64,000 nucleotides of DNA, taken from positions 10,138 to 74,137 of the IMG/VR virus record IMGVR_UViG_3300009419_000013; one strand, written 5' to 3'. The translations under genes were made by a program, and so were the position numbers. Positions 9,418 through 18,482 of this stretch are shown here, one piece after another. This stretch comes from a virus. The stretch's first letter is position 1. Every line of letters starts with the position of its first letter. Under the pieces are notes generated by a model. That model saw only the letters and a list, made by a program, of their open reading frames with translations, was not told where the DNA came from and ran no database searches.

Positions 9418-10060
9418 GAGAGAATCCACCATAAAGTGGTTTATCATTGGTACTTTTGTTACTCTATATTTAATAGTTTCAATCATATCAACTATTCACG
9501 TTATTGATTTTTTTAGATTATCCAATCCTGATTGGCTAGCTATATCTTTGGCATTAGCATTTGAAATAGGTGCTGCTGCATCTTTGGCATCCTTAATAGC
9601 TCTTGATAAGATGAATAAAACTATAGTTTGGATGCTATTTATTATCCTTACTTTAATGCAAGCTATGGGTAATACCTATTATGCATATACTAATCTCTCC
9701 GATTTTTCCAAATGGAGTGAGCTATTTGGCTTGGTTGAGGAGGAGATAATATACCAGAAAAGAATTCTATCATTGATAAGTGGTGCTATACTTCCCTTAG
9801 TTTCTTTAGGATTTATAAAATCACTGGTTGATTACATAAGACCAGATTCAGACTCCAAGGAAAATTCTAGCCATATTCCTATGGATATCCCTGAATCTGA
9901 TGATGTACAGATCGATGAGGTGGATGAAATCGTAGAAACCCCTATTGCCGATAGCTCCAATGAAATAAAATTAAAGTCAATTGACGCTGGAGGAAGTGGG
10001 GCGGAATTAAAAGACTTGGTGTACAAGGATGGACATGTAGATCCAACCATTCTTAAATAA
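9404..10060 (+). CDS. Multi-pass membrane protein (about 4 TM), possibly holin-like
   Basis: Four hydrophobic segments and an acidic C-terminal tail. Confidence 0.6.
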   Translation: MNQNKRESTIKWFIIGTFVTLYLIVSIISTIHVIDFFRLSNPDWLAISLALAFEIGAAASLASLIALDKMNKTIVWMLFIILTLMQAMGNTYYAYTNLSDFSKWSELFGLVEEEIIYQKRILSLISGAILPLVSLGFIKSLVDYIRPDSDSKENSSHIPMDIPESDDVQIDEVDEIVETPIADSSNEIKLKSIDAGGSGAELKDLVYKDGHVDPTILK

Positions 10061-10083
10061 ATATATAAAAAAATTATAAAGAT

Positions 10084-10761
10084 TTGTCAAATACAGAAAA
10101 CCAAAACGTAGATAATTTCGATGGAGGATCTGCAGCATCCTCTGGACCAATCGAATTTATAGGTGGTTCGTCAGAATTTGCTACTGATCCTCTGGGTGGT
10201 GCTACCGCGGGATTTAATACATTATATACTAATATTGCTCTTACTTATCCTGATATTGATAGAGTAAAGGCAACATTTGAAAGATTTAATGATCCAAGTG
10301 AGATTAGATTTATAAAGGAAGCTCTCACTGTAACGAAGCAGTCACAGACCTTAAATAAGCTGGAATTGGTTGATTTCTTTCACCCTCTGCAAAATTTTTC
10401 GGAGTATCAGAAACAAAGTATGATAATAGGTCCAAGATCATCAGTCAATATAGATGCTGGATCTTTCTATGGCACCACGGGCGAGGTTTCAATGTTTATC
10501 GCTAAGGCAAATTATCTTCCCGAGGCTGGGGATAATGATAGAATTTTATTTTGGGACTATAAGGCTAATGCCAGAAATATTATGGGAAGCATAATGATTT
10601 TGACCGGTGCGGTAAAAAATGGTTCACAATGGAGAGGATGGGACATGGATCCATTTTCAACATATGGACATACTGGGGATGCTAATAGTTCCCAAGGAGG
10701 TTTTATATTCACTAATCCAACGGATTATAGTGTTAACCTAACAGTAATAGCAGCTAATTAA
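10084..10761 (+). CDS. Putative virion structural protein, paralogue A
   Basis: C-terminal domain similar to the next ORF (MG..MIL.G, GW, GG..F.NP). Confidence 0.55.
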   Translation: MSNTENQNVDNFDGGSAASSGPIEFIGGSSEFATDPLGGATAGFNTLYTNIALTYPDIDRVKATFERFNDPSEIRFIKEALTVTKQSQTLNKLELVDFFHPLQNFSEYQKQSMIIGPRSSVNIDAGSFYGTTGEVSMFIAKANYLPEAGDNDRILFWDYKANARNIMGSIMILTGAVKNGSQWRGWDMDPFSTYGHTGDANSSQGGFIFTNPTDYSVNLTVIAAN

Positions 10762-10762
10762 T

Positions 10763-11248
10763 ATGGCAACACAACCAATAACTTGTCCGTATCTGGTAGA
10801 CGAAGGATTTAGATTCTATAATGGTAATCTAGTATTGGATAATGGACAGACGAATAATCCACCGGTGTATTTACCTATGGATGATATTGAATTAAAAGTT
10901 GATACGTTTGCAAGAAATCGAGCAATACTAAGAGTATCTAGCTGTTTTCTTTTAAGCCAAAGTGATATTGCTAATGTTGATGGCTACGTTGATTTTATAG
11001 CAATAAAAGCGATATTTCCAGCTAATATAGTGGAATCTAAGAAATATATAACTTGGGAATATCAAGGTGTCACTAATTATATGGGAGAATTAATGATTCT
11101 TAGCGGCAAGATGCTTTCGTCAACAGATTCAACTTTCGAGGGGTGGAATTTGGCTAAACCAGGTACTACTTTTAATAACGGTGGTATAACTTTTTGTAAT
11201 CCGCATACCGATATCGAGATAAGATTAGAAATATTAATAGGATCCTAA
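10763..11248 (+). CDS. Putative virion structural protein, paralogue B
   Basis: MGELMILSG, EGWN and GGITFCNP match the upstream ORF. Confidence 0.55.
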   Translation: MATQPITCPYLVDEGFRFYNGNLVLDNGQTNNPPVYLPMDDIELKVDTFARNRAILRVSSCFLLSQSDIANVDGYVDFIAIKAIFPANIVESKKYITWEYQGVTNYMGELMILSGKMLSSTDSTFEGWNLAKPGTTFNNGGITFCNPHTDIEIRLEILIGS

Positions 11249-11300
11249 AAATCGCTATTAAAATGAAATATATAATGTAAAAGTTTCTTGTCCCTTGATG

Positions 11301-11308
11301 GATATATA
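11301..11308 (+). promoter_or_regulatory. Putative late promoter GATATATA
   Basis: About 22 nt before ATG 11331; a variant AATATATA lies at 11267. Confidence 0.6.
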
Positions 11309-11330
11309 AACTGTAAAAAAAAATTTAACC

Positions 11331-13502
11331 ATGGACTTCATAAACCAAGTAAAAAAATTAAAAGAAGTAACTAAATCACCTGAGGTTAGAACTCTATGTG
11401 AAAGTTTTCTTAGCGGAGGATCAGTTTCGGAGAGCGATCTAGTTAAATCTATTAATGAACATAATATAACTCCAGACTTCGTATCTAACACACAAAATCA
11501 TTTAGATATGATAAGAAAAGAGGAGGCAGAACTTTCTAAAAAGAATGCTGCAGCTCTTATGGAATCTTGGGGTGGTTTGAAAAATGCATCTTTAAACAAT
11601 GCAGGATCATACATCTCTAGAAAAGAAGAGAAAGAAGATAGATCACTTTTAGAAAGCTTATCACAATTAGAGGGAAGTAATTTAGATTCTACTGCTAAAT
11701 CATTTATCAAATCACAAGAGGTAAATAATTTAGGAATAAGATTAGCATTAAATTCTATTAAAGAATCTTCAATTTATAGCTATCCAAAAGCTAAAATTAT
11801 GGTTGAACAATATAGTAATCTTTTGGAAAATAAAGGAGTCCCTGAATTTTCTTTGGTTCATAATTTTCTAAATGATATTAAATCTTTATCTTGGGATAAA
11901 GACGTAGCTCAAGTTGCTGAATCTGTTAAGGAGAAATCTGAATCATTGAGCAGAGAAATAGAGGTAGCTAAAGTTTTAGAGGCTTTAAAGAACAGCGGTA
12001 ACTCTTCATTCTATTCTGAATTAAACGAAACCTTGAATGATTGGTTGGTATCTGAAGAAAAATCTAATGGCCTACTTGTTAGAAATATTTCGAAATGGAA
12101 TTTCAATCCGATGGTTAGAGGATTAATAAACTATCTTAATGTTAATGAAACTGAAGATAAAAGAAAATTAGAAATTCCTGAAATGATACAGGGAGAATCT
12201 AGTGTATCGAGAGTATACTCTCCAGTTTTATTAGAAAATGGTAGATCCCTATTTTACCTAGGTGGATTCATATTTGAGGCTAATGAAGACGGTTTAAGAA
12301 AAATATCAGATAAAGAAATATCATCATTGCCACAGGAATATCTTTCATTAGTTTATACCTATGGTAAAAAACATGTTAGAGTTAATGAAAATGGAATCTT
12401 TATTAAATTAGGAAAAAGCATAGTTAGACTGGTTGAAGAAAATGACGAGGTAACTGCTTATATGGGAAAAACTAGATTGAAATTTAGTGATCCTAGTGGT
12501 CTTGCTAAAATTGTTGGATTGGAATCAGGGTCTTATTTCGGAGTTAATGAATCTGATGTAGTTAATGACATAATGAATCTTTATACTAATTACAGTAACA
12601 TCGTAGAATTAGACTTTGCTAAAAGTTTAACATCTAATGTATATGAAGGAGTTGGAGTTAATTTATTCAAATGGATGGATCAAATTTATCTTCAGAAGAT
12701 AAATGATTCAATGAATGAGAATTCAATACATAAAGTAACTGGAACACAAGCAGTTTCGGTTGTTAAAAATTATCTTAGATATGACATCTCTGAAGGTTTA
12801 ACAGAATTTTTAGAAGGTGAAAGTAAGGTTAAATCTGTTATGATCAACGATAGAGAGAAAGTTATTTCAAACATATCTAAAGTTGATGAAGAATTAAATA
12901 AAATAAATACACTAATAGGATCAAGCCCACTATACGGTGAATCAGATCAGATTAAAGCAGCTAAAAAAATGCTTGAATCCGAACTTGTTATGCTAAGAGA
13001 AAAGTGGAACCAAATAAATCTTGAAATTGAAAAGATAGATCTTGATATTAACATAAGTGGAAGCTTAGATTTATTCGAGGATGAAAAATTTAATATCGGT
13101 TCTTACATAAAGGTTAAGGAGTCTGGGGAGACTGGAAAAATTATATCTATGGATGGTACATCAGGAAGATATACAGTATTACTAGACAACGGTAAGACAT
13201 CTGACTTTTTAATAAATGAAATTAGTGATCTTGAGGAAGCATTATCTCAGGCAGCTGAAAAGAATGCTGAATCGTCTGACGAAGATGGTGAGGAAGAGGT
13301 TAAAGAATCTAATAATCTTAATAAATCAGATCTTTCAATAGAGGAGCAAAAAAATATACTAAAGAATTTTGCTAATATGCACGGATTTACTAAAGCACCT
13401 AAAGGTGAAACGGAAGAAAAAATAGAACTAGGCTTAGATAGCTTACACGGTTACAATATTTCGATGAATGAAGAATCTAGTGAAGATTTAAAAAAAAAGT
13501 AA
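11331..13502 (+). CDS. Large putative prohead core / internal head protein
   Basis: Glu-rich with many (I/L/M/V)-x-E sites (INE, LME, LLE, VNE, MNE); KOW/SH3-like segment FNIGSYIKVK..GKII; late box upstream. Confidence 0.5.
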   Translation: MDFINQVKKLKEVTKSPEVRTLCESFLSGGSVSESDLVKSINEHNITPDFVSNTQNHLDMIRKEEAELSKKNAAALMESWGGLKNASLNNAGSYISRKEEKEDRSLLESLSQLEGSNLDSTAKSFIKSQEVNNLGIRLALNSIKESSIYSYPKAKIMVEQYSNLLENKGVPEFSLVHNFLNDIKSLSWDKDVAQVAESVKEKSESLSREIEVAKVLEALKNSGNSSFYSELNETLNDWLVSEEKSNGLLVRNISKWNFNPMVRGLINYLNVNETEDKRKLEIPEMIQGESSVSRVYSPVLLENGRSLFYLGGFIFEANEDGLRKISDKEISSLPQEYLSLVYTYGKKHVRVNENGIFIKLGKSIVRLVEENDEVTAYMGKTRLKFSDPSGLAKIVGLESGSYFGVNESDVVNDIMNLYTNYSNIVELDFAKSLTSNVYEGVGVNLFKWMDQIYLQKINDSMNENSIHKVTGTQAVSVVKNYLRYDISEGLTEFLEGESKVKSVMINDREKVISNISKVDEELNKINTLIGSSPLYGESDQIKAAKKMLESELVMLREKWNQINLEIEKIDLDINISGSLDLFEDEKFNIGSYIKVKESGETGKIISMDGTSGRYTVLLDNGKTSDFLINEISDLEEALSQAAEKNAESSDEDGEEEVKESNNLNKSDLSIEEQKNILKNFANMHGFTKAPKGETEEKIELGLDSLHGYNISMNEESSEDLKKK

Positions 13503-13654
13503 GCCGTAACTTTTATTTTGCTCCTAAGGGGGAAAATCAGAATAAACCAGGCGAGACTTTTGTTCAATCTTCTGATGGTAAATTAAGTAAAGCTCCCGAT
13601 GGCAAAGAAATAGAATCCTCCGACGAAGACGAGGAGGAAGAGGATAAGGAATAA
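13499..13654 (+). CDS. -1 frame C-terminal extension (51 aa) of the 11331 ORF
   Basis: After TTA AAA AAA AAG TAA the -1 frame reads VSRNFYFAPKGENQNKPGETFVQSSDGKLSKAPDGKEIESSDEDEEEEDKE* and ends at the terminator. Confidence 0.55.
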   Translation, partial: VSRNFYFAPKGENQNKPGETFVQSSDGKLSKAPDGKEIESSDEDEEEEDKE

Positions 13655-13688
13655 AAAGAATGTAGCTCATGAGCTACATTCTTTTTTT
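13653..13688 (+). terminator. Intrinsic terminator
   Basis: aaaaagaatgtagctc-at-gagctacattcttttt perfect inverted repeat plus T-tract. Confidence 0.85.
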
Positions 13689-13690
13689 AT

Positions 13691-13720
13691 GAAATCATTT
13701 ATCTGTTTTATACTAAAACT
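13691..13720 (+). promoter_or_regulatory. Putative middle promoter GAAAT-N18-TAAAACT
   Basis: Upstream of the gp55-like late sigma. Confidence 0.55.
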
Positions 13721-13743
13721 ATAAACCAACCAAATAACAAACA

Positions 13744-14103
13744 ATGGCTAAAGAATATGTTAAAAACAGCGAGCTTTTAGCAGCTGTAATAGAATCTAAA
13801 AGTAAGGGTCAACTTACACCCGATACAATAGATATGTTTATGTTAATGATAAACGGAATATCTAAAAAAATGTCATATAAGGATCCGGAGGATAAAGAGG
13901 ATTGTATGGCATTTGCAATGGAGGATCTTTGTAAATATTGGAATAGATTTAATCCTGAAAAATCAAATAATCCATTTGCTTATTATACACAGATAGCTAA
14001 AAATGGATTTGCTAAGGGATGGAAAAAAATACATCCTCCGAAAAATCCTAAAACAATACCTTTTAGCTATATAACGGGTGAGGATAATTCGTATAACGTT
14101 TAA
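13744..14103 (+). CDS. gp55: Late-transcription sigma factor (T4 gp55-like)
   Basis: YVKNSELL and KYWNRFNPEKSNNPFAYYTQIAKN, the gp55 family signature. Confidence 0.85.
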   Translation: MAKEYVKNSELLAAVIESKSKGQLTPDTIDMFMLMINGISKKMSYKDPEDKEDCMAFAMEDLCKYWNRFNPEKSNNPFAYYTQIAKNGFAKGWKKIHPPKNPKTIPFSYITGEDNSYNV

Positions 14104-14109
14104 TCTATT

Positions 14110-14595
14110 ATGGTAGATATAAAGAAAGTAAAACCTAACGGTGATCACAAATCTGGAAAATATGCACCAAGAAATCCGGATAAGTATATAGGTGATATAC
14201 ATAATATCATCTATAGATCTTCATGGGAATATAGATTCTGTATCTACTGCGATACTAATGATTCTATATTAAAATGGAGTTCAGAGCCAGTTGCTATAGA
14301 TTATTATAATCCTCTCGATAAAAAAGATCATAAGTATAATGTAGATTTCTATATAAAGGTGCAAAGGGAGGATCAAACCGAGCAGGACTGGATAATAGAA
14401 ATAAAACCCGAAAACCAGACAAAGAAACCTATATATGAAGGTGTTAATACATTAGCAAAACTTAAATCATACAATAGAAATATGCAGATTTGGATAACAA
14501 ATCAAGCAAAATTTAAAGCTGCTAAATTATGGGCAGAGAAGAGGGGATATAAATTCGGAGTTGTTGATGAGAATTTTTTATTTAAAAGTAAATAA
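14110..14595 (+). CDS. gp4: Head completion nuclease (T4 gp4-like)
   Basis: GKY.P.NPDKYIGD, YRSSWE, KWSSE, IEIKP..QT, NQAKFKAA. Confidence 0.9.
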   Translation: MVDIKKVKPNGDHKSGKYAPRNPDKYIGDIHNIIYRSSWEYRFCIYCDTNDSILKWSSEPVAIDYYNPLDKKDHKYNVDFYIKVQREDQTEQDWIIEIKPENQTKKPIYEGVNTLAKLKSYNRNMQIWITNQAKFKAAKLWAEKRGYKFGVVDENFLFKSK

Positions 14596-15197
14596 TGTAC
14601 TCTGATCTTGTTTTGGAATATAAAGATTCCATTGAAATTGGTAAGAATGTATTTACCGAGACTGATTTATATTTTTCTGATAACTATTTCTTTTCTAACA
14701 AGGAAATGATACAATTCAAACCTCCCTTTGTACCTGGAACAATATATAATTTCAACTATTTAACGGATACTAGACTAAGTGAAACTAGAAAATTCATAGA
14801 CAGAAGACCATTGATATTATGTACGAATGTATATCAAAATCCGAATTCTGGTACGATTATAGAGGGAATAGATATTATAACGGTTCCTCCCCGCATAAGA
14901 ATAGATATAATAGGGAATTTTTATGATCAGTTTTATTCGCAGGTAGAATCAAATTATTTATCGTTCCAATCAGGAGGTGCAATTACACCAGTTAATTTAA
15001 AAAAGCCGCTATTAGAAAATCTGTTAAGAAACACCGGATATAATTTCTCATTATTTGGTTTTAAATATAAATTTATAAGAAATCCAAGAATAATATCTAA
15101 TAAAGATTGGGCCAAAATTCCATATCTTACCGATAGTAACATAGAGGGGTTAAGCTTACAAACGATATATAAGGAATATCAATCGAAATTAATTTAA
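14595..15197 (+). CDS. DNA end protector (T4 gp2-like)
   Basis: PGTIYNFNY...IDRRPLIL and C-terminal DW..IP.L; adjacent to gp4. Confidence 0.55.
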   Translation: MYSDLVLEYKDSIEIGKNVFTETDLYFSDNYFFSNKEMIQFKPPFVPGTIYNFNYLTDTRLSETRKFIDRRPLILCTNVYQNPNSGTIIEGIDIITVPPRIRIDIIGNFYDQFYSQVESNYLSFQSGGAITPVNLKKPLLENLLRNTGYNFSLFGFKYKFIRNPRIISNKDWAKIPYLTDSNIEGLSLQTIYKEYQSKLI

Positions 15198-15234
15198 TCT
15201 TTTGACTAGAATAAAACATATACTTTATAAATAA

Positions 15235-16833
15235 ATGGCAGGTTTTGTAGATAATAATGATCCTTCTCAAACTCCGGTAATACAGAGAATTAGAGATTCT
15301 GTAAGAAAAATTAGTTCATTTGGTATGAAATACGATGACATGGTCATTCGTAATTCACAGGCTGTTGGTGTTACTGAGGCTGCTTTTCTTAATAAGAATA
15401 AGTCCAATGTCGAGGACGAAAGCATGCTATGGACCTTAGCTAAGCAGGATATATCATCCAGACAATTTATAGGATATTTTGATAAGGACTATAAGGGAAA
15501 GAGAGACTATCTTAGAAAATTCTCATTAAATCCTGAAGTTGAATGGGTTCTTGATACCATATGTGACGAGGCAATATCTTATGATCCATCGAATTTCTTT
15601 GCTTATCCTGATTTCATAGATCTTAGCGACGTTAATGAAAAAATAAAGGAAGATTTATATGACTCTTATAAAAAACTTTATGATGTTTGGGGATTTTCCG
15701 ATGATATAACAGCTTGGCAATATTTCAGACAATTTATAATAGATGGATTTCTTGCATTTGAGATAATCTATGATAATAAGGGTGATAATATAATCGGATT
15801 TAAGGAATTGGATCCAATTACACTTATACCTAGTGTGGAGAAACAAATAGATGGTAGCTATCTTAGCACCTGGACACAGTATCCTCAGGATCCCAAGAGA
15901 AAAAGAGTATTATATGATCCGCAAATCATCTACATATCATATGCTAAGGGTAATAGCATATCAAGAATTAGCTACATAGAAAGATTAATAAGACCTTATA
16001 ATATTCTAAGAATTATAGAATATACTAGGGTTATATGGTCGGTCATGAATGCATCATTTAAACTTAAGATGACCATTCCAATAGGAAGCAAATCCCAACA
16101 GAAGGGTATGCAAACTTTGGGTGAGTTAATGAGTATCTATAAGGAAGATATTCAGCTGAATGATGATAGTGGTGAACTTACTGTGGATGGTAGACCTAAA
16201 ATACAATTCTATAAGAATTATCTGATGCCTTCAGGTGTTAATGGTACACCAACTATAGAACCTATAAATACTGAGGGTCCTAATCTTAATGATCCTCAGC
16301 CTTTATCATACTTCTTTGACAAGTACATCCTTGAATCTAAAGTTCCACCATCCAGATTTCATAATCCTGATGGCGGAACAACTTCGCCATATTCAAATGG
16401 TGCGGAAGGACTTGATAAGGAGGAAATTAGATTTGCTAAATTTATATCTAGACTTAGATCGGTATTTCAGGAGATATTACTAAAACCTTTATGGATACAG
16501 ATGGTCAAGAAACATAAATCACTTGATGAGGATTTTATGTTTAAGAGTCAGCTTGGATTAGATTACGTTTCTGATAACCCATTCAAATTAAATCAGGAGA
16601 TGGATTTAATAAATAAAAGGAAGGAAGCAGTCGTTGCAATGACCGGATTAATGGGGGATGAGGAAAAACCATATTTCTCTAGCGCATTTCTTATAGAGAC
16701 TTTTCTTGGAATATCTAAACAGGATATCGATGCTAATAAAGAGGCATTAGAAAGAAAAGAGAAGGAGAAGAAAAAAGAGGAAGGTAAAAAAGAAGAGGGT
16801 GGAGAAGAGGAAGCTCCAGAAGTAACACTATAA
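15235..16833 (+). CDS. gp20: Portal protein, paralogue 1 (T4 gp20-like)
   Basis: PEVE..LD.I.DEAI, FRQF.IDG, LDP, SYIERLIRPYN.LR..E, KVP.SRF, EEIRFAKFI.RLR..F. Confidence 0.88.
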   Translation: MAGFVDNNDPSQTPVIQRIRDSVRKISSFGMKYDDMVIRNSQAVGVTEAAFLNKNKSNVEDESMLWTLAKQDISSRQFIGYFDKDYKGKRDYLRKFSLNPEVEWVLDTICDEAISYDPSNFFAYPDFIDLSDVNEKIKEDLYDSYKKLYDVWGFSDDITAWQYFRQFIIDGFLAFEIIYDNKGDNIIGFKELDPITLIPSVEKQIDGSYLSTWTQYPQDPKRKRVLYDPQIIYISYAKGNSISRISYIERLIRPYNILRIIEYTRVIWSVMNASFKLKMTIPIGSKSQQKGMQTLGELMSIYKEDIQLNDDSGELTVDGRPKIQFYKNYLMPSGVNGTPTIEPINTEGPNLNDPQPLSYFFDKYILESKVPPSRFHNPDGGTTSPYSNGAEGLDKEEIRFAKFISRLRSVFQEILLKPLWIQMVKKHKSLDEDFMFKSQLGLDYVSDNPFKLNQEMDLINKRKEAVVAMTGLMGDEEKPYFSSAFLIETFLGISKQDIDANKEALERKEKEKKKEEGKKEEGGEEEAPEVTL

Positions 16834-16837
16834 TAAG

Positions 16838-18454
16838 ATGGCAGGATTTTTAGACTTTTTAAAACCGAATCAATCAGCTTTAGGTAATATACTAAAGAAT
16901 CTTGGAAACATATCAAAATTTGGTATGCAGTACGATGATATGGTTGTAAAAAATTCTCAGGCTATTGGTAAGACTGAGGGATTTTTCTATAATCAGGATG
17001 GTAATGGGTTTACACAGAATGATGCTTTCTATTGGACATCATCGTATCAAGACACCAAGGTAAGAAAATATATTGCATATTTTGACCGTGATTATATCGA
17101 GAAGAGGAATTACCTTAGAAAATTTTCACTTAACGGTGAGATAGAGTTTATATTAGATACTATAACTGATGAAGCAATAGTGTATGATGATAGAAATTAT
17201 TTTGCTCAGCCATCGTTTATAAATCTTGATCTTAAGGATAAGGTAAAAGATAAGATCTCGGAGCATTACAATAAGATCTATAATGTATTTGGATTTCAGA
17301 ACACAATACTTGGGTGGCAATATTTTAAACAGTTTCTAATTGATGGATTTCTTGCATTTGAAATAATATATGATAGCAAGGGAAAAAATGTGATTGGATT
17401 TAAAGAATTGGACCCAACCTCTCTTCAGCCTATAGTAGAAAAGATTGGTGAGGAAGAACATAAACAATTCTGGATTCAGTATCCAAAAAACCCACAAATG
17501 ACCAGAAAGCTAACTAATGAGCAGGTCATTTATATTTCATATGCTAAGGGAAATATGATAACTAGAGTTAGTTATGTAGAAAGACTAGTTAGGTCATATA
17601 ATATTCTTAGAATAATGGAGAATTCTAGAATTATATGGAACGTAATGAATTCGTCATATAGATTGAAATTTATTATACCTATTGGTACACAGTCTCAACA
17701 AAAAGCAATGCAGAATCTTGGTCAGTTAATGTCGAATTATAAGGAGGATATTAATATAAATGATTCTTCTGGAGAATTAACAATAAACGGTAAACCCAAA
17801 ATTCAATTCTATAAGAATTATTTATTTCCTGAAAAGGACGGTCAGAGTCCTCAGATAGAATCACTTAATCCTAGTGGACCTGATTTTAATGTTATGGAGA
17901 ATGTGGTTTATTTCTTCAATAAGCTTAAAATGGATTCAAAAATACCTTATGCTAGATTTGCATCCAGAAATAGTACACCAGGTAATTATCAGACAAGCAT
18001 AGATCAATTGGAAAGAGATGAAATTAGATTTGAAAAATTTCTGAGAAGACTTAGATCAATTTTCCAAGAGATATTAACTAAGCCTCTTTATATACAGATG
18101 TGTCTTGATAATCCCGAATTATCAAGGGATAAGAACTTTAAAGCAAATATAGGTCTTAATTACAATAGAGACAGCGAATTCGAGGAAATGGTTGAAATGA
18201 GTAATTACACTAAGAGAACTGAATTTATAACTGGACTTGGCGAACTTAAGGTTAAGATAGGCGAGGAGGAGAAGGGATATTTCGATAAGAACTTTTTAAT
18301 ACAAAGATTTCTTGGTATGAACCCGGATCAAATAAGAATGAATGAAAAGTATAAGGAAGCTGAAGCAAAACTAGCTGAAAAAGCAGGCGGTGAAGCACCA
18401 CCTGAAGGAGAAGCACCAGCTGAAGGCGAGGAAGCACCTGAGGTAACCCTATAA
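16838..18454 (+). CDS. gp20: Portal protein, paralogue 2 (T4 gp20-like)
   Basis: Colinear with paralogue 1; RDEIRFEKFLRRLRSIFQEIL; same EEAPEVTL C-terminus. Confidence 0.88.
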   Translation: MAGFLDFLKPNQSALGNILKNLGNISKFGMQYDDMVVKNSQAIGKTEGFFYNQDGNGFTQNDAFYWTSSYQDTKVRKYIAYFDRDYIEKRNYLRKFSLNGEIEFILDTITDEAIVYDDRNYFAQPSFINLDLKDKVKDKISEHYNKIYNVFGFQNTILGWQYFKQFLIDGFLAFEIIYDSKGKNVIGFKELDPTSLQPIVEKIGEEEHKQFWIQYPKNPQMTRKLTNEQVIYISYAKGNMITRVSYVERLVRSYNILRIMENSRIIWNVMNSSYRLKFIIPIGTQSQQKAMQNLGQLMSNYKEDININDSSGELTINGKPKIQFYKNYLFPEKDGQSPQIESLNPSGPDFNVMENVVYFFNKLKMDSKIPYARFASRNSTPGNYQTSIDQLERDEIRFEKFLRRLRSIFQEILTKPLYIQMCLDNPELSRDKNFKANIGLNYNRDSEFEEMVEMSNYTKRTEFITGLGELKVKIGEEEKGYFDKNFLIQRFLGMNPDQIRMNEKYKEAEAKLAEKAGGEAPPEGEAPAEGEEAPEVTL

Positions 18455-18482
18455 ATTATTAATCTTTAATCTTTATTAATTT

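Noticed and set aside
14110-14595. TnsA transposase / mobile element
   Set aside because: Same fold, but motifs and context (gp55, gp2, portal) identify T4 gp4 head completion protein; no transposon ends.
15235-18454. Portal duplication as an assembly artefact
   Set aside because: The copies differ extensively at amino-acid and nucleotide level, which is inconsistent with a mis-assembled repeat.
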